Shown one piece after another: positions 36,540-47,400 of a stretch of DNA of 64,000 nt. Both the position numbers and the translations under genes were made by a program. Origin of the DNA: Chlorokybus atmophyticus (Eukaryota > Plantae > Mesostigma and Chlorokybus algae). The stretch covers positions 105,707 through 169,706 of the forward strand of contig RHPI01002491.1 in the NCBI GenBank assembly GCA_009103225.1, read 5' to 3'. Each line of letters begins with the position of its first letter. Position 1 is the first letter of the stretch. The notes under the pieces are model-generated. The model made no database searches. It was not told the origin of the DNA and saw only the letters and a program-made list of their open reading frames with translations.

Positions 36540-37997
36540 TACAGGATTGACTTATTACTCTACTCCTTGTGTCGATGGTATATATCCACTTCTGAACAAA
36601 TAAACCACTCGGGTGGCACTGCTGTTGCAGCCCTAGATCAACCTTGCCAAGCAGGTTACTCCCAACTCACTTGTCCTGTGCATGGAGCAAAGTCATCTTA
36701 CTCAAGCGGTCAACAAAGACAACGATAGCAGTGTGCCCGCGTGTAGCCTTTGGTAGCTCCACTATCAAGTCCATATACACACTTTTTCCAGGTGTCATCC
36801 GGCACGAAGAGCGCTAGCAAAGGTCCTGCCATCCTTTGCTTTGAGGACTTGTCACAACGGTTCTTGTGACATGAATAACATATCTTCATAAAGGCTTCTA
36901 GTTGAGAAGATAAGAAAGGTCACCAACAAGTCCTTTGTGCCAACTTGATGGTCTTTCTTATCCCCTAGATGCCCTTTATCATGTGGGTTGTGCATCACCG
37001 CCATGCACTCCGCTCCACTCATGATAGGATGCACGTTGAGACCGAGTCCAAACGTTAACAAATAAGGGTGATTTACTCACCAGGTCTGCAACATTGATTC
37101 AACCGAGATGATACTCTCAATCAACGTCAAACCTTGATAGAAAGTTTACCCATCGTACTTGTCTTCTTGACAAATTTGGTTGCTTAAGGAGGTAGATCAA
37201 TGGGTTGTGGTCCGTTACAACCGTGAACTTCAACCCCTCTAAATAACAATGCCATGCCCTCAAGGCGTCTATAACTCTAAGCACTTCCTGCTCGGTGGTT
37301 ATGTAATTCCGCTCCGCGGGAATGAACTGGTGCGGTTTGGGATAAATTGTGACAGACCTCACTCATGGTAGCGTCTTTTGCTATTATAGCCTAATGGTCG
37401 GAGCCCGCTTATCACAATGGTAACGGAGCTTAACGTCTCAGGTTCAATTCCCGTAGGGGACTGAGGCAGATCCAAGGGCAAAAAACATTCGGGGCGGCTT
37501 GCCTTAGAGTGGGCGCAGGTTCGCAACCTGCGCCCCGAGCCAGTTTGATCTATGGCTGCGTGAGCAGTCGCGCCGCGATGGCAGGTTGCGCGGTGAGGAT
37601 GGCCGGATCCAAAAAGCCGCATGCGGACCGGTCATGGTACAGCCGTGACCATGGCGACGTGGGCTAGTAAGTGCTTCATTGGATAATGAGAAACCCGTGG
37701 GTTAAAATGGGGAGAAATGTCACGATTTGGGATAAATTGTGACAGACCTCACTTATGGTAGCGTCTTTTGCTATCATAGCCTAGTGGTCGGAGCCCGCTT
37801 GTTACAGAATCAAAAGCAATCGGGTGCCCTTTTCTAAAGTACCACACCGGTAGTCAACAAGCTAGCATCCGATACAACTTGAAAAAGCTTCGTGAAGTCC
37901 GACAACTTCAACACCGGTGCACTCACCAAAGCCTTTTTAATTGTTTTAAATGCTTGATTCGCTTCTTCCAACCACACCCATTTCACTTCCTTACTCA
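36540..37997 (-). pseudogene. Old Ty3/Gypsy pol relic (RT connection, RNase H, integrase) of a different family; cut by the TRIM and by the DNMT element
   Basis: The minus strand reads WVWLEEANQAFKTIKKALVSAPVL...SDAS...GHPIAFDS, then [TRIM], then FIPAERNYITTEQEVL...VTDHNPL...RRQVRW; later HDKGHLG and MDLIVELPKATRGHTAIVVFVDRLSKM. It has many stops and frameshifts. Confidence 0.88.
37328..37806 (+). mobile_element. TRIM (479 bp) with 89-bp LTRs, PBS, PPT and tRNA-type A/B boxes
   Basis: LTRs at 37328-37416 and 37718-37806 (TG...CA). PBS-like TGGTAACGGAGC at 37418-37429; PPT AAAATGGGGAGAAA at 37704-37717; A box TAGCCTAATGG at 37387-37397; B box GGTTCAATTCC at 37441-37451. Confidence 0.8.
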
Positions 37998-38821
37998 TGT
38001 CATGCACGAGCATGTAGTGTCATGTGCATGGTGCCCTCGGTGCTGGCGGCATGGATGGACCGTGGAATTTCGGCTCGCATAGCCATTTTACAGGGTTTAA
38101 GTGTTGGGTTTTCGTTGGGAACTCATGTTTGGGTCCTCATGGACGTAAGGGAGGTGTGTTCGAGGCGTATCTACAGTCAGATACCTAGCTGACGGCATAA
38201 TTGAGTCATTATGGTATCCCGCGCAGCTGTTTTGGAGTTGTGACTTTAAGAAGCCATAACTTATAGTTGGAGTGGCGGTTTGGCCGTGGGTTGGCGTCAA
38301 AAGATGCGTCTTGAAGTGTACTTGAAGAAGATAAGCTTGGATAAGCCTTTCCTAACCACCTACGGTTACTTATCAACGCCATCATGGCTGTTACTATGCT
38401 GGTGCAGAGTGACAGTTAGGGTAGTTGGAAAGTTGGTTGGGCTTGGGTTCAACGGTGGTATATAAGGCTTTGCTAGCTTGTTTCCTAGTTTGGTTGGATG
38501 CAAGTTGGCCTACTGGAGTGCAAGCAATACCACTGGGAAGAGGTTCTTGGCTGAGCGGATGTTTGTGCACATGCTTGCAAGTATTGTGTGTGCATGTGTT
38601 CGTTGCTGTGCGTTGCTGTGCATGAAGGGGCGTGTGTCACTGTTGCGACTTTGATGCACTGTATGGGCTGCCTTTGCATGTACATTGAGTGAGGATTGAG
38701 TTTGGACTGCTCTACACGAGGGAACGGTTGATTGCAAGTCAAGTTGTGGTCATCTTGCCTACCTTTAGCAAGGGGACCCGCATCTTTCACTTGCATCCAA
38801 CCCATCAGCTGAGTTTGCTCA

Positions 38822-39259
38822 AGGAAGAAGCAAGTTGCAGGTGAGTTCATGCCCACCAGATCTAGAGAGGACTGGCAGTCACGCCCATCCAAGATGCCCT
38901 CGAAGAGAGAAGCGAAAGGAAGGATCACTCCGGTGGAGGAGGGCCTTGCCGAGGAGGTGGAGTTGACAAGTGACGAGGAGTCGGACATCGAGGACGTGGG
39001 TGGAGAGATGCATGATTCAGCTTCAAGCATGGATAGCACAAGGAAGAAGCAAGTTATAGGCGAGTTCATGCCCACTAGATTTGGAGAGGATTGGCCGTCA
39101 CTTCCACCGAAGCCGCCCTTAAAGAGAGGAGCAAAAGGAAGGATCACTCCGGTGGAGGAGGGCCTTGCCGAAGAGGTGGAGTTGTCAAGTGACGAGGAGT
39201 CCGACATCGAGGACGTGGGTGGAGAGATGCATGATTCAGCTTCAAGCATGGATAGCACA
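38822..39259 (+). repeat. In-frame tandem duplication (219 bp, 73 codons) of the leader and gag start in the outer copy
   Basis: AGGAAGAAGCAAGTT...GATAGCACA at 38822 recurs at 39041. The peptide GRITPVEEGLAEEVEL.SDEESDIEDVGGEMHDSASSMDST occurs twice, versus once in the inner copy. Confidence 0.9.
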
Positions 39260-42200
39260 CCGAAATTCAGTGGGAGGCCTGGCACGGCGGACCTAAGCGA
39301 CTTCATCAACCGCTTCGACTCCAAGATGGTCCGATGGGCGTAGCGGGACAAATCAGGGTGGGACGAGCACAAAGCCTTCAAGATTTTGCCTCTACACCTC
39401 AAGGATGAAGCCCTTGGCACGTGGAGAGAGTTCAAGGAGCAGCTGGAGGTGAGGGAGAGGGCGTTGCGGCTCGGTGCACCGGCTGAGTTTGAAGCGGAGT
39501 GGAAGAAGGAGCAGCCCGTGACTGAGTTCAAGGCGCTCTTGAGAAAGACCTACCCACAATCAACACCCGCCAAGGTTCGTGAGCTGAGTTTCTTCAAGAG
39601 CAACGTCGGGGAGACGGCGAGGATGATGTATACGCGCATGCCCAAGCTCTTTACGGACACGGACTACAAGGTGATGACGGATCAGACCGCGGCGGTTGTG
39701 TACCTTCAACAACTAGAGGCGCACTTGAGGCTGAAGTTGGAGACCTTGTTGACCACTCAGTCCAAGTTCGGCACACACACGCTTGCGGATGTTTTCAAGG
39801 TGGCCAAGACGGCAGGAATTCAGCATGAGTACCTCGAGAACATTGACCGGCAGCGTCGGGGGTTGAAGATGCTTGAGATTTCGGAGGAGAAGAGCTCTTC
39901 CAAGCCCGCGACGACATCGGCGGCAAACAAGGCAGCTGGTGGGAAGCCAAAGGAGTTCAAGCACGCCAACAACGCGGTTGTGAAAGGTGTGTCGGGTGCC
40001 AAATGCTGGTCGTATGACGAGCAAGGCCATATTGCAAGGGATTGTGGGAAAGGCAAGAAGGTGGTGTGCTCTCGTTGCAAGAAGGGCGGGCATGTTGATG
40101 CCAAGTGTTGGAGTAAGCATCCGGAGCTGCGTCCACATCAAGGAGGGGCAGTCGGAGCTCATTCCAGTGTGAGAGGAGAGCCATTAATGATGGAGGTGAC
40201 GAAGGCATTGGCGGCAATGCAATCGGAGTATGCATCGTTGAAGAGCATGCTCGAGCGAGGGAAATGGCCCGAGAGAGGAGCGGAGGATGGTCCTAGCAGC
40301 TCTGGAGGTTACCTCGCGTATAGTGCGCTCTCCGGAGACATGAAGGTGGCAGCTGTTGCGATGACGAGAGCGTCGGCACGCCGAAACGCTGCAACAGCTC
40401 CCCTGACTAGGATGGTTGAGGAGGAGGCCGCGCCGGTCCGCGAAGAGGGTGTGGATCATGATAGGATGCGGGCACCAGCTGTACGTATGCCTATGTCATT
40501 CAAGTTGCTGCCAACAACCCCGTTGGAGCAAGAGAGTTCGCGCTCGGAGGGTGCGAAAGTGCAGCCGACTGCTATGGCAACGGCGCGACATGATGTCGGC
40601 GTCGGTGGTGGTGGTGAGCACAAGAGAGTGGAGGAGCTGCTACAAATGTGTGTAAAGCTTCTCGAGGGTGCCAAAATGCTTTCCCAACAGCCCGCAACTC
40701 AAGCCAATGAAGAAAATGTGGAGTTGACGGCGCCGTTGGAGAGCGTTGCGGCGAAGCTGGTCGGGCAGCCGCTTGTTCGTGAAGGACCTTGGAGTCAGCA
40801 AGGAGCGTGGTAGAGCTGTTGCAAAGCGCTCTAGACACCACAAGGACTGCCTCGACAAACTCTCATAAGCGTGTGAGCAAGTCTCATGAAATATGGAGGC
40901 GCGAACAGGCCGTATGGCTGCGCGCCCAGAGCTGGCGGCGTCGGAGGGGTCGGCGTCGGCGTCGAGTTCTCTCACTCAGCTTGGAGACAAGCTGGAGGAA
41001 GGTGTGGGGAGTGTAGGAGGGAAGTTGGCACAGCTTCCCGCCACTCGGCCGGCCTTGAGAGAGAAGATATCGGCAAATGTGGCGTTGGTGGACAACCGTG
41101 GTGGACACATCAGCCTAGACGGCTTCGTGCCCAATGTTGTCTTGGTGGATACAGGTGCACAACCTGTCATTTTGGGTGCTAGAGCTGTCAAAGGGATGGA
41201 ACTCAGCCCCAAGGAGTGGGAGCCATGCCCGGTCATGATTAATACCTCGGCGGGAACCGTAAAGGCCGTGTGCGGCATAACGGTGCAGCTGGTGGACATA
41301 TGCTTGACTGCGTTGGGAGGTGCTACCACGTCCTTCAAGGTTCGATGCCTCATCACGGATGCGAAGGCGTATGATGTGCTGCTTGGACAAGTCTTCTTGT
41401 TCCCCGTCGGCGGCGGCGTTGACAATTGGATCGAACAAGGGTTTGTTCGGCCGCGTTGGCGTGTGGGGGGAAGTGAGAAGGCTTATCTTCCATTGAGCAT
41501 CACGCAAGGGGGTCTTGAGAGGTCTCCAACCTCTGCATCTGCTGTGTAGGCGTGCTTGAGTCACCGTTCAGTCAAGGGATGGCTTGGTAACAGCACCGAC
41601 ATGTACTATGACCATGTGGAGGAGGGGGAGCCTCTGAGAGTGTCTCCACACACGTGGAGGAGGGGAAACCTCCGGAGCTGGTCTATATGGCTCAAACTCA
41701 ATCACAAGCGCTGAAGTTGGCTTCACAACACCGTGCTCAGCGGCAACAAGAGGCTCGAGACAAGGTTAGCCAAGCATGGATGAAGGATGTGATAGCATTG
41801 GAGCCGCCGTTGCTGCCTGAGGGTGTGAGAGCTGTTCATCCACCTATCAACTACAACACCTTCGAGTGGAAGGTCCCCGAGGAGGGTGCTGTGATGGTGG
41901 AGCTGTTCGGTGGCATTGCAAGTGGGCTTGCGGCCGCGTTGAACGCCGGCATCAAGGTGCAGCGCTACGTCTATGTGGACCCCTCGCCAACGGCACAACA
42001 AGGTGCACAACATCATGTGAGAATGTTGTTGAAGAGGTATCCAGATCTGCTACATGAGGATGCGGTGAAGGGCTTTCAAAGCACATGGCCGCAAGACATT
42101 TGCTTGGTAGGGCCACATCAACTTGCAACTATTGGCCATGTGGATTTGCTTGTAGCCGGGTGGGAATGCCAAGGGCATTCACGGGCTGGTCATGTCAAAG

Positions 42201-43575
42201 GATTGATGGATACGCGCTCGTCATTGTTTTGGGAGTTGGTGCGCGTCATCAACATGATTTAATAAGGACAAGAGCAGCCCATGGCGTACATCATTGAGAA
42301 TGTGCCAGCTGAAGACGACAACCGCAAGCACGTGCGAGAGGACTATCAGCTGTGAGACATGTGCTAGGTCATGAGCTGGTCATGGATGCCGCATGGCATG
42401 GTTCGCGCGCGCATCGGCAACGTGTGAAGTGGACCAACCTCGCGCCAGTTGAGTTGCTTCGCACGGTGCAGCAAGAGTACTCTAGACCGCAAGGCTTGAC
42501 GGTTAACGAGGTGCTGGAGCATGGGCGCACAGTACAATAGGTCAGCAAGGCTGATCGGCCTCAAGAGGTGGTGCCAGGTCCGGCACGACATGGCGGCGTT
42601 GCCGACGTTGGTGACATACCTAGGCTCGTATGCTTTCCGCAAGAGAGGGCCAGGGCTGGTGTGGGACTCACGAAACAGCAGGTTGGAAGAACCAACAGCT
42701 GGTGAGTGCGAGCGTGCGATGGGGTTCTTGTCCAGTGCGACAGCGGCGCCAGGACTGAGTGAACAACAGCGCCGAGTGCTGCTAGGGAGACAAACCATGG
42801 ACCAGAACAGTATGGCGTGGCTGATGGTTGTCTGCTTGGCGGCACAGGATTTGGTAGCAAGCATCATGCCGGTGCGACAGCAAGCGCGTCGGGAGCCTGC
42901 GCCTCTGTCGAAGGGGTGGGAGCAGGTTGCACATGATGAGGAGAGTAAGGGGGTGTTTTTTTTGCCTATGACAGCTGCAAGTGGCAAGAAAGCGGCTGTA
43001 GATGGTGCCTTGAAGCTGGACAAGGCTACCAATCAGACCATGGAGAGGTGAGTGGGCGAGCATGTGATACCACATGAGCGTGCATGGCTCGAGGCGTTGC
43101 TGGCGCGCAAGCGTGACTGCTTTGCCTACGTACCAAAAAGTTGGGGGTCTGCCACTTCTACACAATGGACATTGAGTTGACCTCTCTGGAGCCCATCTTT
43201 TGTCGGCAGTATCGGCTCGGATTAAGGTGGAGAAAGAGTTTATGGTAGAGAAGTGTGCTGACTCGTTAAAGGATCGACTCATTGAGGAGTCAACCTCAGA
43301 CTTCGCGGCGGCGACGGTGTTGCCGTTGAAGAAAGATGCACAAGGAACTGGACCTCAAGAAGTATGTGTGGTGACTATCGTCCATTAAATGAGAGGACCA
43401 AGGCTGATCGGTACCCTATGCCTATCCCTGAGGCTATCTTTGATGACATTGATAATGCAAAGGTGTTTTCCATCGTGGACTTGAGGTAGGGCTTCAACCA
43501 GATCGCCATAAAGCCATAGGACCGTGGCAAGACAGCATTTTGGGGAGTGAACCAACTCTACCAATGGAAGGTCAT

Positions 43576-44368
43576 TGTCATGCGCGAGCATGTAGTGTCA
43601 TGTGCATGATGCCCTCGGGGCTGGCGACATGGATGGACTTGGGATTTTGGCTCTCATAGCCATTTTACAGGGTTTATGTGTTGGGTTTTCATTGGGAACT
43701 CATGTTTGGGTCCTCATGGACGTGAGGGAGGTGTGTTCAAGGCGTATCTACAGTCAGATACGGAGCTGACAGCATATTTGGGTCACTATGGTATCTCGCA
43801 CAGCTGTTTCGGAGTTGTGACTTTGAGAAGCCGTAACTTACAGTTGGAGTGGCGGTTTGGCCGTGGGTTGGCGTCAAAAGATGCGTCTTGAAGTGTATTT
43901 GAAGAGGATAAGCTTGGATAAGCCTTTCCTAACTGTTTACCGTTACTTATCAACGCCACCATGACTGTTACTATGCTGGTGCAGATTGACAGTTAGGGTA
44001 GTTGGAGAGTTGGTTGGGCTTGAGCTCAACGGTGGTATATAAGGCTTTGCTAGCCTGTTTCCTAGTTTGGTTGGATGCAAGTTGGCCTACTGGAGTGCAA
44101 GCAACACCTTTGGGAAGAGGTTCTTGGCTGAGCGGATGCGTGTGCACATGCTTGCATGTATGGCGTGTGTGCACGTGTTCGTTGCTGTGCGTTGCTGTGC
44201 ATGAAGGGGTGTGTGTCACTGTTGCGACTTTGATGCACCGTATGGGCTGCCTTAGCATGTACTTTGAGTGAGGATTGAGTTGGGACTGCTTTACACAAGC
44301 GAACGGCTGATTGCAAGTCAAGTTGTGGTCTACTTGCTCACCTTTTGCAAGGGGACACGCATCTTTCA
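43576..44368 (+). repeat. Repeat A1 (793 bp; distal U3-R-U5 part of the LTR)
   Basis: Near-identical to 51706-52499 and homologous to 37998-38789. It contains TATATAA at 44036-44042 and ends ...CATCTTTCA. Confidence 0.95.
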
Positions 44369-44381
44369 CTTGCATCCAACC
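44036..44381 (+). promoter_or_regulatory. TATA box plus a putative self-priming pair (transcript 5' end with the PBS)
   Basis: TATATAA at 44036. GGTTGGATGCAAGT at 44069-44082 is the exact reverse complement of ACTTGCATCCAACC at 44368-44381, which abuts the end of repeat A1. There is no tRNA-type TGG PBS. Confidence 0.75.
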
Positions 44382-44427
44382 CATCAGCTGAGTTTGCTCG
44401 AGGTAGAAGCGAGTTGCAGGCGTGTTC

Positions 44428-47400
44428 ATGCCTTTAAGATCTGGTGAGGACTGGCACGAGAGACCCACGAAGGCAGCTTTGAAGAGAAGAGCGCCGAGAG
44501 GGACGATCACTCCGGTGGTGGAGGGCGTCGCTGAAGAGGTGGAGTTGTCGAGTGACGAGGAGTCCGACATCGAGGACGAGGGTGGAAAGATGGCTGATTC
44601 AGCTTCAACCATGGATAGCACACCGAGATTCAGTGGGAGGCCCGGCACGGCGGACCTACGCGACTTCATCGACCGCTTCGACTCCGAGATGGTCAAGTGG
44701 GAGTATCGGGACAAGTCGGGGTGGGACGAGCACAAAGCCTTCAAGATGTTGCCTCTATACCTCAAGGATGAAGCCCTTGGCACGTGGAGAGAGTTCAAGG
44801 AGCAGCTGGAGGTGAGGGAGAGGGCGTTGCGGCTCGGCGCACCGGCTGCGTTTGAAGCGGAGTGGAAGAAGGAGCAGCCCGTGACTGAGTTCAAGGCGCT
44901 CTTGAGAAAGACCTACCCACAATCAACACCCGCCAAGGTTCGTGAGCTGAGTTTCTTCAAGCGCAACGCCGGGGAGACGGCGAGGATGATGTATACGCGC
45001 ATGCTCAAGCTCTTGACGGACACGGACTACAAGGTGATGACGGATCAGACCGCGGCGGTTGTGTACCTTCAACAACTAGAGGCGGACTTGAGGCTGAAGG
45101 TGGAGACCATGTTGACCACTCAGTCCGAGTTTGGCACATACACGCTTGCGGATGTCTTCAAGGTGGCCGAGACGGCAGAAATTCAGCATGAGTACCTCAA
45201 GAACATTGACCGACAGCGTCGGGGGTTGAGTTGCTTGAGATTTCGGAGGAGAAGAGCTCTTCCAAGCCCGCGGCAACATCGGCGGCAAACTAGGCAGCTG
45301 GTGGGAAGCCAAAGGAGTTCAAGCACGCCAACAACGCGGTTGTGGAAGGTGTGTCGGGTGCCAAATGCTGGTCGTGTGGAGAGCAAGGCCATATTGCAAG
45401 GGATTGTGGGAAAGGCAAGAAGGTGGTGTGCTCTCATTGCAAGAAGGGTGGGCATGTTGATGCCAAGTGTTGGAGTAAGCATCCAGAGCTGCGTCCACAA
45501 CAAGGAGCGGCAGTCGGAGCTCACTCGAGTGTGAGAGCGGAGCCATCAATGTCGGAGGTGACAAAGGCATTGGCGGCAATGCAATCGGAGTATGCATCGT
45601 TGAAGAGCATGCTCGAGCGAGGGAAATGGCCCGAGAGAGGAGCGGAGGATACGCCAAGCAACTCCGGAGGTTACCTCGCGTATAGTGCGCTCTCCGGAGG
45701 CACTAAGGTGGCAGCGGTTGCGACGACGAGAGCGTCGGCACGCCGAAACGCTGCACCAGCTCCCCCGACTAGGATGGTTGAGGAGGAGGCCGCGCCCGTC
45801 CGCGAGGAGGGTGTGGATCATGATAGGATGCGGGCACCAGCTGCACGCATGCCTATGTCATTTAAGTTGCTGCCAACAACCCCGTTGGAGCAAGAGAGTT
45901 CGCGCTCGGAGGGTGCGAAAGTGCAGCCAACTGCTACGGCAACGGCGCGACATGATGTCGGCGTCGGTGGCGGTGGTGAGCACAAGAGAGTGGGGGAGCT
46001 GCTACAGATGTGTGTAAAACTTCTCGAGGGTGCCAAAATGCTTTCCCAACAGCCCGCAACTCAAGCCAATGAAGAAAACTTGGAGTTGACGGCGCCGTTG
46101 GAGAGCGTTGCGGCGGAGCTGGTCGGGCAGCCGCTTGTTTGCTTGAAGGACCTTGGAGTCAGCAAGGAACACGTGGTGGAGCTGTTGCAAAGTGCTCTAG
46201 ACACCACTAGGACTGCCTCGACAAAGTCTCATGACCATATGAGCAAGTCTCATGAAGATATGGTGGCGCAAGCAGGCCGTATGGTTGCGCGCGCGGAGCT
46301 GGCGGCGCCCGAGGGGTCCGCGTCGGCGTCGAGTTCTCTCACTCAGCTTGAAGACAAGCTGGAGGAAGGTGTGGGGAGTGTAGGAGGGATGTTGGCAATG
46401 CTTCCCGCCACTCGGCCGGCCTTGAGAGAGAAGATATCGCCGAATGTGGCGATGGTGGACAACCGTGGGGGGCACATCAGCCTAGACGGCTTCGTGCCAG
46501 ATGTTGTCTTGGTGGATACAGGTGCACAACCTGTCATTTTGGGTGCTAGAGCTGTCAAGGGGATGGGACTCAGCCCCAAGGAGTGGGAGCCATGCCCGGT
46601 CATGATCAATACCTCGGCGGGGACCGTAGAGGCCGTGTGCGGCATAACGGTGCAGCCGGTGGACATATGCTTGACTGCGGTGGGAGGTGCTACCACGTCC
46701 TTCAAGGTTCGATGCCTCATCACGGATGCAAAGGGGTACGATGTGCTGCTCGGACAAGACTTCTTGTTCCCCGTCGGCGGCGGCGTTGACAATTGGATCG
46801 AACAAGGGTTCTTTCGGCCGCGTTGGCGTGTGGGTGGAGGGGAGAAGGCCTATTTTCCGTTGAGCATCACACAAGGGGGTCTTGAGAGGTCTCCAACCTC
46901 TGCATCTGCTGTGTGGGCGTGCTTGAGTCGCCGTTCAGTCAAGGGATGGCTTGGTGACAGCACCGACATGTACTATGACCATGTGGAGGAGGGGGAGAGT
47001 GTCCTCGCACACATGGAGGAGGGGAGACCTCCGGAGCTGGTCTATATGGCGCAAACTCAGTCACAAGAGCTGGAGTTGGCTTCACAACATCGTGCTCAGC
47101 GGCAACAAGAGGCTCAAGACAAGGTTAGCCAAGCATGGATGAAGGATGTGATGGCATTGGAGCCGCCATTGCTGCCCGAGGGTGTGAGAGCTGTTCATCC
47201 GCCTATCAACTACAGCACCGTCGAGTGGAAGGTCCCCGAGGAGGGTGTTGTGATGGTGGAGCTGTTCGGTGGCATTGCAAGTGGGCTTGCGGCCGCGTTG
47301 AACGCCGGCATCAAGGTGCGGCGCTATATCTATGTGGACCCTTCGCCAACGGCGCAACAAGGTGCACAACATCATGTGAGGATGTTGTTGAAGAAGTATC

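Noticed and set aside
37380-37460. Functional tRNA gene
   Set aside because: A and B boxes are present, but I could not form an acceptor or anticodon stem, and the segment spans an LTR end and PBS of the TRIM.
38485-44894. Antisense ORFs 38485-39531 and 43971-44894 (and 52102-52704)
   Set aside because: They are shadow frames of gag and the LTR repeats with no independent motifs.
45220-45345. Programmed gag-pol frameshift between ORFs 44422-45534 and 45342-51491
   Set aside because: The outer copy reads straight through (GGGTTGAAGATGCTTGAG; AAC AAG GCA), whereas the inner copy has a 1-bp deletion and AAC TAG GCA. These are copy-specific lesions, not a recoding signal.
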